A stretch of DNA of 64,000 nt from Heteronotia binoei (taxonomy: Eukaryota): the NCBI RefSeq assembly GCF_032191835.1, contig NC_083237.1, positions 24,056,001 through 24,120,000 of the forward strand, written 5' to 3'. The notes beneath the pieces are model-generated. The model ran no database searches. It worked only from the letters and a program-made list of their open reading frames with translations, and had not been told where the DNA came from. Within the stretch, counting starts at the first letter, position 1. Each line of letters opens with the position of its first letter. A program made the position numbers and the translations under genes. Shown here in pieces: positions 13,101-22,180 of the stretch.

Positions 13101-16100
13101 AAAATGAAATTAAGAAAAAAGGTGAATTAAGGAAAAGGCCAGGAAAAAAGAAAATTATTTGGGAGATTAGAATATTGCAAGCACAAATGAGACATCTGTT
13201 AAATAAAAAATTGGAATGGAATTTGAAAAAATTAAAACAGAAATCTTTCGAGGGAGCGAATAAACTTGGAAAATATTTGGCCTGGCAATTGAAGAAAAAG
13301 AGAGAAAGTAAAATTATTAATAAAATTGTGGCTGATGGAAGAGAGATGGTAGATCAAGAAGGAATAAAGAGAGAATCTTTTAAATATTATGCTAAACTAT
13401 TTAAAGGTGTTAAAGTAAAGAAGGAAAAGTTGGAAGCGTATTTGCAGACGATTAAAATAGCACCCTTAACTGATTATATGGGAAAAGTTTTGAATGATCC
13501 AATTGAAAAAAAATAGAAATTGAAGTAGCAATTAATGCAATAAAAATTGGAAAGGCACCTGGACCAGATGGATTTACGGAAAATTTTTTTAAAACGTTTA
13601 AAGAAGAATTAATACTGAGACTTCAAAAATTAATGAATGTGATAAGAATAAATGGGAAAATACCAAATACATGGAAGGAAGCGGTAATTTCGTTGATTCC
13701 AAAGGAAGATAGAGATGTCACTAATGTAAAGAATTATAGACCAATTTCATTATTAAACAATGATTATAAGATCTACACAATCTTAGCAGAACGGCTTAAA
13801 CAATATTTAATAAACTTTATAAAGGAAGACCAAGCGAGTTTTCTCCCTAAAAGGCAAATAAGAGACAATATTAGAACTGTTGTAAATATTGTAGAATACT
13901 ATGAAAGACATCCAGAGAAGAAAGTTGCATTATTTGGTGTAGTGGTTAAGTGTGTAGTTTGGTGTAGTGGTTAAGTGTGCGGACTCTTATCTGGGAGAAC
14001 CAGGTTTGATTCCCCACTCCTCCACTTGCACCTGCTGGAATGGCCTTGGGTCAGCCATAGCTCTGGCAGAGGTTGTCCTTGAAAGGGCAGCTGCTGTGAG
14101 AGCCCTCTCCAGCCCCACCCACCTCACAGGGTGTCTGTTGTGAGGGAAGAAGACATAGGAGATTGTAAGCCGCTCTGAGTCTCTGATTCAGGGAGAAGGG
14201 CAGGATATAAATCTGCAATTCTTCTTCTTCTTCTTTGCGGATGCAGAGAAAGCTTTTGATAATTTGAATTGGGACTATATGTTTGCAGTAATGGAGAAAA
14301 TAAAGTTGGGGGAAAACTTTATAAGAATTATAAAAGCAATTTATACTGAACAACGTGCAAGGTTATGTATAAATGCAGATCTTACAGAAGAAATGATAAT
14401 CAGCAAAGGTACAAGGCAAGGTTGTCCACTTTCACCATTATTATTTATGACTCTTGAAATTTTATTGGTGCAAATACAAGATGATGAAGAAATTGAAGGA
14501 ATGAGAATTAAAGAATTTTCCTATAAATATAGAGCATTTGCAGATGATATAATGTTTATAAATGAAAATCCTATGCAAGTAACACCTTTGTTGTTAGCCA
14601 AAATACAAGATTTTGGAGAATTGGTGGGACTTTATGTTAATAAAGAAAAGTCAAAAATTTTGTGTAAAAATATGCAAGTAAGTAAACAAAAGGAATTGCA
14701 GAGATTAACTGGATGTGAAGTTACCCCTAAAGTAAAATATTTGGGCGTGGAAATAACAATGAAGAATATTGATCTGTTTAAAAACAATTATGAAAAGCGA
14801 TGGCGTAAAGTGGATGAAGATATGATAAAATGGAACATGCTTAATTTGTTATTTCTTGGTAGAATAGCTGCAATTAAGATTAACATCTTGCCGAGAATAA
14901 TGTATTTGTTTCAAACTATTCCGATTGTGAAAGACAGTAAACAATTTAATAAATGGCAAAGAAAAATTTCAGAATTTCTATGGGCCGGGAAAAAACCAAG
15001 GGTTAAAATGAAAGTTTTAACAGATGCTAAAGAAAGAGGAGGATTTCAACTACCAGATTTAAGATTATATTATGAAGCAGTTTGTCTAGTGTGGATAAAA
15101 GATTGGGTGACGCTGTTGAATAAAAAACTTTTAACATTGGAAGGTCATGGAAATAAATTCGGCTGGCACGCTTATATGTACTATGGAAAGAAAAAGTCGG
15201 ATGTTATTTTTTTCTCACCATTATATAAGAAATAATCTAATAAATATTTGGATGAAGTACAAGAAATATGGCGATGAGAGAAAACCACTATGGATAGTGC
15301 CAGCAGAAGTAATAAGAATAACAGCTGAGACAGGAGAGGAAAAAGGGATGTCATATAATCAATTACTAAAAATACAAAGCGGTAAAATAGAATTGAAAAC
15401 TGCTGAAGAGTTGAATAATAAATATGATTGGTTTCAAATGCAACAAATAAAAAGTTTGGTGGAAAGCGATGTTAAAATTGAAGGAATAAGATGAGAACAA
15501 ACAGAAATGGAAAAAGTTCTGCTTGGAGATAATGAAAAATTAATTTCAAAAATCTATAAGTTACTTTTAAAATGGTCTACGGAAGATGAAGTAGTGAAAT
15601 CTCAAATGATTAAGTGGGCAATTAATGTAAATAAAGAAATACAGATGGACACATGAGAATATTTGTGGAAGAACTCTATGAAACTCTCAACATGTCAGAG
15701 TATTAAAGAAAATTGTTTTAAGATGATGTACAGATGGTATATGACTCCTAAAAAGTTTGCAAAGATGAACAATAAGATGCCAGATAGATGTTGGAAATGT
15801 AAAAAACATGAAGGTTATTTCTACCATATGTGGTGGACTTGTGAAAGAGCAAAAAAGTACTGGCAGATTATTCAACAAGAGACTTCTAAGATCTTGGGAT
15901 ACAAATTTAACACAGTTGCAAAGACTTTTCTGTTGAGATTACAAATGGAAAAATTTCCAAAAGAAGATAGAACTTTAATTTGGTACTTTCTCTCAGCTGC
16001 TAGGACATTGTATGCGCAGTTGTGGAAGCAAGAAAAAATACCAGAGAAATGGGATTGGATTGTAAAAGTTATGACATGGAGTGAAATGGACAAGTTAACA

Positions 16101-19100
16101 AAAACCTTAAGAGACTATGATTTAGAAGTATTTAAGATGGAGTGGGAAAAGTTCAGAAGATACATAGAAAAAGAGTGGAAAATAAAAGGACATTGGACAA
16201 TTTTTGATAATGATTGAGTACAAGAGGGAGGAGGATATTAATTTTGGTTCTTATTAATTAAGGGTACCTTTAATATTAAGATTTTAAGTATATAACACCA
16301 GCGGGGGTCAAGTAACAGGGGGAGGGTGGGTAGAAAGTAATATATGGGATAGATTAAAAAAAAAGTAATGATGTAAGAAATTGAAATTATTACCATATGT
16401 TACTAATAAAATTGTTTGAAACCTAAACCTAAAGACGGATGCTGCTCTGGGTTCTGGCCACTTGCATGGGTGCGTCACATCCAGTGCTCCCTCTAAGCTG
16501 AGTGAGTGTGAGCAAGCTCACAGTTTTTTAGTTTCCAGCTCACATGTTTTTGCCTTAGCTCTGGAAAAATGCCCCCAGAGCAAACTGATTTATGCAGTAG
16601 CTCACAACCTTAATGCCAGTAGCTCACAAAGTGGAAATTTTGCTCACAAGACTCTGCAGCTTAGAGAGAGTATTGGTCACATCTACCTTCGTGCTTGCAA
16701 TAGTGTTTAAAGTGGCAGCACAGTGTCATTAGAATGTCTTTGTGTTGTTTTACTGTCTGCAGGGCTGGGCTCAGGCAGGTCCTTCTGGGTAGGGGAGCCT
16801 AGAATATGGTGACACCGCTGAGAAGGCCCTGCTAAGCCCAGACGCCCGTGGAATCCTCTTGAATGCAGCTATTTCCAGGAGTCATTTTGTAGAAAAATAG
16901 GTGGTGGAATTCAGGGGTTGTTATGCAGCTGCACCTACTATTCAATGGACAAGGTGGGGAGGAGGGGGAACACTCAGAAAGGTTCAGGAACTGTGCTTCT
17001 GTGAGTTCCTGCAGAATTTGAGGCCTGGCTATTTCCATGACCCAAACATGAGGTGGGTCGATTACCCAAACATGAGGAGGGTGGGTAGAGAGAAATCATA
17101 TTGTGGTAATGCTTCCCTACTTAAGACATTTCAGAAATTGGCAATTTTCACTCATGACGTCAAATTTGTAACAAACTTGTAGAGGGCATGGAGAAAATAC
17201 GCTTGGATCCCTTCACAAACTGCTCCTCCTTGTTACCTACATATCTGCAAAGAAGTACACCCCAGATCTTTCTATGGGACCTAGATACTCCAACTACTTT
17301 GAAAGGTGGATGTGATGTTTTTTGGTGGAGGGGTTTCAGTCAGCCAGAAAAGAGGGCTTTGGACAGCTGGGCTGAAGAGGGTTTTCCACAGTGCAGTTCT
17401 TCAAAGTTCTGCCTCCTCCCACCACTATTCTTCAGAGCCGGGGCCCTGCCCTCCTTTGCCTGTGTTAACTCTTGGAGGGGAGTGAGTGGCACTTACTTTC
17501 TTTCAGAAAGGTGCTGGATGCCTCTATCAATCTCTTGCTGAAATTCTGTTTTGCCTGCCCTGCCTTTGTCAGGAGGCGCTCAGGATCTGTGGGTAAAAGG
17601 AGCTGAGGTTAATGGAAGTCAGGGCTGGATGGCTGGAGGCCAGAGAGCTGGGTGGGAAGGAACTTACACTGACCCTCTACAATCTGGGAGACTCAAGTTC
17701 CAGTCCTCCACTCTGCCATGAAGCTCACTGGGTGACAGGCCTAATTGTCACACTCCCAGCTTCATTTACCTCACAGGGTTGTTTTGAGGATGCAAAGGAG
17801 GGAGAAAAGAGGGTTGTTATTAATTATTTAAATTTATGCCAACTCCATCTTATGGCCAACGCCGGGCTCTAGGCAATGTACAACTGTGGCCTGGGAAATT
17901 CATGGAGATTTGTAGTCAGTGTCTGCGGGGGTGGGGTGGGGATCTAAAGAAGGATTTCTGCCTGGAATCTATGGTATACCATAGGTATACATCCCTTTCT
18001 CCAGGGGAAGTGATCTCTGCAGTCTGGAGAACAGTGGTAATTCCTGGAGACCTCCAGTGGCCACCTGGAGGTTGGCAGCCCTAGCAGAGAATCAGGTGTA
18101 CTGCCCTGAGCTCTTCAGATAAAGGACAGGGTTTAAAAAAAATGTATTAGGTGGATGAGAACTTCTAGCAAGTGGGGTCGGGGGTGAGCCCACACATGTC
18201 TACCTATCATAGATGGCAACATTAAATGACCCGCTTGTGTAAAGAGGCTACCACATCAGGCACATGGTGCTTTTTAAAAGAAATCATTCAATGAATGATT
18301 GACTGATGGCTGAATTAATCATTTGCCAATATGTGGATCCAGTTGAAGGAAGCATATCCAAGTTCACGTAGCACAGATTAATGAGCCTGTAGCAGTTATG
18401 AAGCCTTGACTCCTGAGTGGTGAATTCATTAAGGGTGTTATAATGTATAAGACCCAGTGCTTTTTTGGGGCAGGAGCACACAGGAGCAGAGCTCCACCTG
18501 AGCTGGCCAGGGCTGCAGCTGGCACGCTGGAGAAGGCACAGGGAGGCACCTTTAAATGCCTCCCCAGTAGCTTCAGCCTTCTCCAGCACACCCGCTACAG
18601 TGGGTGTACTGGGAAAGGCAAAGGGGAGCTCCTGCTGGGCTTTTTAAAAAAACAAAAACCCTGATAAGACCAGTCAGCAACTGGAAAAGGAAATGCTCAG
18701 CTCCTACCTTTTTTGTTTTCCTGTGTGATCTGTTGAAGCTGAAGAAAGAGATTCCCAGTCTCACGCTGCATATCTTCCCACTCTGTAAATAACAAGGGGG
18801 GACAGACAAAGATATGCCTGGTGATGTTTGGTCCTTATCTAGTTCTCAGGTCTAAGCACAACACCTGTTCTACCCCCCTGGCCTAACACATCAGTTTTTC
18901 TGACCTTTTCATTCTCTGTGTCATCAGGACTGTAAGCAAGAGAAGGTGAGAGGGAAACCCAGTGTCCAGGTAGGGCAGCTGAATGGAAGGGCTACATACC
19001 TCCCAATATTGTTTTTCAGACTTTCTGTTGTCCCAGACACTGCTTCATGCCAATTTTTCTCCTTACTTGCATATTTGACATGGCATCTTTCAGCCCTGAA

Positions 19101-21916
19101 GATAATCTTGGGGCACTTTCTATGGTACGCCCAGTCTGGTGGGCCAGAATTCCCAAACAGTTTGAGGCTGTGGCTACCGTTAGAATGTCGAGAGGGGGTG
19201 ATGAGTGCCAGCACAAAATGGCTAATGGAATATCTCTCTCTGCATGGCTAATGGAATATCTCTCTCTCCCTGGGAAGAAGGAAATCCTAGAAAAGGAATA
19301 GAACCACACACTGACTGAAGGAAGCCCAATTGCTTTCCAATCTTCCCTATCCTGTAGCAGAAAGCTTTTTCATTTGTATAATGGAAGCATATAACAATCC
19401 CTGCCTTACAGTGGCCCCACCCACATTCTGAAAAAACTTAGCAAGTTGAGAAACCTTGAGGTAGGCCATTTTGGTGCTGCTGTGAACTCATGCCAAGAGT
19501 ACACCTTGGTACATGTTCCGCCTTTTCCAGTAGCTTCATATGTCAGAAAACCAGCAACAGCAGGTGTTAAATGGATAATTAATTCTCCATTCCTGATATT
19601 CTCATTGAAGAGCCTCTACATTTCTGAGGAGCTCTAGAATGATTTGAAAACCACTGCTAGGTAATGCAGGTCCCACACACTGCGTAAACCATGTGTGTGT
19701 TTTGTGTGAGAAGCTGGGCATCTGATCCAAGATTACATCATTCCCCATTCCCAATTAAGATTCCAATGACCTGGGTGTTTGGAAGAAGAGAATGTCTTGT
19801 GGGAGACTCAAAGCACCTTTGTGTACACCTCTCCAACAAGAAACAGATGAATCTTTAGTTAATTTTCACAATCTATTCCACCCAAGGTATTGCGCTGCCC
19901 ATCTTTTCATCCCCATGCTCAGGTGATGGCGTGAGAAATCAAAGTGGGCAAATTTAATAAAAACAGGCTTTCAAATCCTGTGGAGTACAGGCCCAGAACA
20001 TTCTCCACTGCAAAAATCTACTTCACTTCATTCAAGGAACCCATAAAAGCAACAGCAGTTTCAAACAGTTCACATACATCACATATGGCAGCTATGCTGT
20101 CTGAACTAGCCTTGTGCTTGGACTGCTGATTGGCTGGGAGCCCTGTAGTAATTTGCTATCACGGGGCCGTTATCAGCCTTGGCAATTTTATTCTGAGGTG
20201 GTTGACTATACTGGATAAGAACATACGAACATAAGAGAAGCCATGTTGGATCAGGTCAATGGCCCATCTAGTCCAACACTCTGTGTTACACAGTGACTAA
20301 AAAAACCAGGTGCCATCAGGAGGTCCATCAGTGGGGCCGGGACACTAGAAACCCTCCCACTATGCCCCCCCAAGCACCAAGAATACAGAGCATCACTGTA
20401 CCAGACAGAGAGTTCCAGCAATATGATGTGGCTAATAGCCACTGATGGACCTCTGCTCCACATGTTTATCCAATATCCTCTTGAAGCCGTCTATGCTTGC
20501 AGCTGCCACCACCTCCTGTGGCAGTGAATTCCACATGTTAATCACCCTTTGGGTGAAGAAATACTTCCTTTTATCCATTCTAACTCGACTGCTCAGCAAT
20601 TTCATTGAATATCCACGAGTGAAGAATGATCCCCTTCACTCCTCTCCCATCTTCCCAGTACTGCCTAACCCTCATTTTTCTGTATCTGACCAACTGTTCT
20701 CTATATGTTGAATGGACTCAGGATGGCTTTATGGGATACTGACCCATTTGACCTTGATACTATCTAAATGTTGCTACTGTCATTATGATACTATTTAAAG
20801 AATTCAGAGTATTCATACTTGATCACAAAGGTCTGATCCAATAAAAGATCTTTGGCTATTTTTTGAGAACAGATAGAACTTTTTCTCCCTCTCCCAAAAT
20901 ACCAGAACTCAAGGGTGTCTAATGAAGCTGATGGACAGTAGATTCAGGATGAACAAAAAGGAAATACTGCTTAACACAATAAGTGATTAAAATGTGGGAT
21001 TTGCTGCCAGAGGATGACAGCTGCAAGCACAGACAACTTTACATAGGGATTAGACAGATAAGTGGAGGACAGGTCTATCGGTGGCTACTAGACATAGTGA
21101 CTAAAGGCGATCTCCACATTCAGAGGCAGTAAACCTCAATACTAGTGCTGGGAGGAAGGCCTTGGCCTCTATGCCCTGTTTGTTCGGGCTTCCAAGGCAT
21201 CTGGTTGGCTACTGGGTGAGACCGAATGCTGGGCTAGAAGGACCACTGATCTAATCCAGCAGGACTTTTCTTGTGAGAAATTTCCTAATATCTAAGGAGC
21301 AGGGCATAGAATCATAGAGTTGTAAGGAACCTCCAGGGTCATCTAGTCCAGCCCCCTGCACAATGCAGGAAATTCACAAATACCTCCCCCTAAATTCACA
21401 GGATACTAATTGCTGTCAGATGACCATCTAGCTTCTTGTTTAAAAACCTCCAAGGAAGGAGAGCCCACCACCTCCTGAGTAAGCCTGTTCCATTGAGGAA
21501 CCGCTCTGTCAGGAAGTTCTTCCTAATGTTGAGGGGAGTTTGTGGTGTCCAGACCACAGGATTACAGGGCTCTTCATACAGGGCCTACTGTAAGCTCCAG
21601 GAGGATTGGCTACATCAGGGGTGTGTGGCCTAAAATGCAAAGGAGTTCCTGCTACCAAAAAAGCCTACTAAGGAGTCATCACTTTGCTCCCCCCCTCTTT
21701 CCATCCTGTACCCAGAAATCTGTTGCCGCAGGTGTCACATTTTCCAGTGCTCCCCAGGAAAAGCGTCTCCAGCTTTTCAGCAACATCTTTGTTCCCACCA
21801 AGGAGAAGCTGCACATCATAGCGGAAATACTTGGCTGCATACGGCCAGCAATGGAGGCACGTGTCAGCCAGCTGCACAAACAGGGCCCAAATCAGCAGTC
21901 CAGGTAAACATGCCAT
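6783..21916 (-). CDS. Unassigned IZUMO-family type-I membrane protein, 7 coding exons, about 297 aa
   Basis: complement(join 21712-21916, 18708-18782, 17497-17586, 9789-9806, 9220-9309, 8114-8180, 6783-7131) = 894 nt. All introns are GT-AG with compatible phases and no stops. Protein: MACLPGLLIWALFVQLADTCLHCWPYAAKYFRYDVQLLLGGNKDVAEKLETLFLGSTGKCDTCGNRFLEWEDMQRETGNLFLQLQQITQENKKDPERLLTKAGQAKQNFSKRLIEASSTFLKEICSASCEQIRFRPYEVAECRDCHLLKAPCNDSLLCAGPNVLAGVLVTLVILLAAGVGVWYYRRKRARK...(xYQNxP)x7...WSPPS*. Exon sizes and Cys spacing mirror IZUMO2/3 in this window. Confidence 0.88.
6825..6950 (-). repeat. Coding 18-bp tandem repeat, 7 units (xYQNxP)
   Basis: LYQNVP AYQNVP TYQNKP LYQNAP TYQNKP LYQNMP TYQNLE; 126 bp = 7 x 18. 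Confidence 0.92.
7873..8053. mobile_element. Palindromic hAT-like MITE (cagggc TIR family)
   Basis: TIR cagggctt/aagccctg; TSD cgcatagc/tgcatagc. Confidence 0.8.
8114..8180 (-). CDS. Unassigned IZUMO gene exon 6 (transmembrane helix)
   Basis: tttcctacag|...|gtaagg; 67 nt, phase 1-2; GPNVLAGVLVTLVILLAAGVGVW. Confidence 0.87.
8357..8475 (+). mobile_element. Possible Penelope-like terminal fragment
   Basis: gcacctttaagaccaac..ttttatt..agctttc motif; similar pieces at about 60545-60600 and 63025-63110 (minus). The family call is from memory only. Confidence 0.35.
9220..9309 (-). CDS. Unassigned IZUMO gene exon 5 (CxxC...C...C)
   Basis: ttccctacacag|...|gtaact; 90 nt, phase 1-1; EQIRFRPYEVAECRDCHLLKAPCNDSLLCA. 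Confidence 0.85.
9789..9806 (-). CDS. Unassigned IZUMO gene micro-exon 4 (CSASC)
   Basis: Long pyrimidine tract tttcacag|18 nt|gtgagt; equivalent to ACSEDC (IZUMO3) and ACDKATC (IZUMO2). Confidence 0.85.
11409..12177 (+). pseudogene. L1 ORF1 (coiled coil plus RNA-binding region), frameshifted
   Basis: ORFs 11376..11930 and 11782..12177 in different frames; heptad-like N-terminus followed by an L1 ORF1p-like C-terminus (LRGVPE, PRDVVIRF). Confidence 0.8.
12174..16217 (+). pseudogene. L1 ORF2 (APE endonuclease, RT, CCHC), with several frameshifts and stops
   Basis: LISWNVNGLN, ICLQE, MGDFNG, SRID, DHNP (endonuclease); NYRPISLLN, QGCPLSPLLF, AFADD (RT); CWKC...HMWWTC; split across many ORF fragments. 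Confidence 0.92.
13933..14233 (+). mobile_element. tRNA-derived SINE (Squam3-like) inserted into L1 ORF2
   Basis: Pol III A/B-box head tggtgtagtggttaag..ggtttgattccc; (CTT)n tail; interrupts KKVALF|FADAEKAFD. The family name is tentative. Confidence 0.85.
17497..17586 (-). CDS. Unassigned IZUMO gene exon 3
   Basis: cttttacccacag|...|gtaagt; 90 nt, phase 1-1; DPERLLTKAGQAKQNFSKRLIEASSTFLKE. Confidence 0.85.
18708..18782 (-). CDS. Unassigned IZUMO gene exon 2
   Basis: ttatttacag|...|gtagga; 75 nt, phase 1-1, the same length as exon 2 of IZUMO2 and IZUMO3; EWEDMQRETGNLFLQLQQITQENKK. Confidence 0.85.
20216..21535. mobile_element. Cluster of CR1 3'-end fragments (about 20216-20620 minus, 20895-21275 plus, 21303-21535 minus)
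   Basis: cataagaacataaga.. and atagaatcatagag..gtcatctagtcca termini typical of CR1 3' ends; related copies at about 7259-7430, 23895-24015 and 45800-46020. Confidence 0.6.
21712..21916 (-). CDS. Unassigned IZUMO gene exon 1 (signal peptide, CLHC, extra CDTC)
   Basis: ATG at 21916; donor ctgg|gtacag; 205 nt, phase 1; lies in ORF 21668..22045. Confidence 0.88.
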
Positions 21917-22180
21917 AGTCACAGAACCAGAAGAAAAGGAGACACTTTCCAGCCAGACTCTGGCGGCAGCAGCTGTTCTCTCCCAATCTTCTCTTCGGCT
22001 TCTTACATCATATCCTGTTCTATCTCCAGCATCACAGCCAGTCACATTATCTGCTTATCCTCTCCTTGGCAGCACTTCCTTGTGTTACGGAGACCATTGT
22101 CTAGCCAACAATGCCTGACTTTAGAATGTTGCTTAGGCTGCGGTGTGTAGCTATGATGGGGAACCTGTTGCTATGGCAAT
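21917..22180. promoter_or_regulatory. Putative bidirectional promoter (unassigned IZUMO gene / IZUMO3) with X-box-like motifs
   Basis: Divergent ATGs at 21916 and 22173; GTTGCTATGGCAAT at 22167-22180 (RFX X-box-like) and GTTGCTTAGG at 22128. Confidence 0.55.

Larger units (their letters stand above)
10325..16431 (+). mobile_element. Full-length, inactivated L1-clade LINE (about 6.1 kb), antisense in intron 3 of the unassigned IZUMO gene
   Basis: 5' end acttccggg..aaaatgg; 18-bp TSD with 2 mismatches (aagaagggtgctgctctg 10307-10324 / aagacggatgctgctctg 16432-16449); ORF1 then ORF2; AATAAA near the 3' end. Confidence 0.9.

Noticed and set aside
11409-16217. Active L1 source element
   Set aside because: Both ORFs carry frameshifts or stops, and ORF2 is interrupted by a SINE.
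19016-19309. Candidate extra exon for the unassigned IZUMO gene (donor near 19066)
   Set aside because: Phases do not fit the 1-1 pattern, and the 75-nt exon at 18708-18782 already fills this slot.
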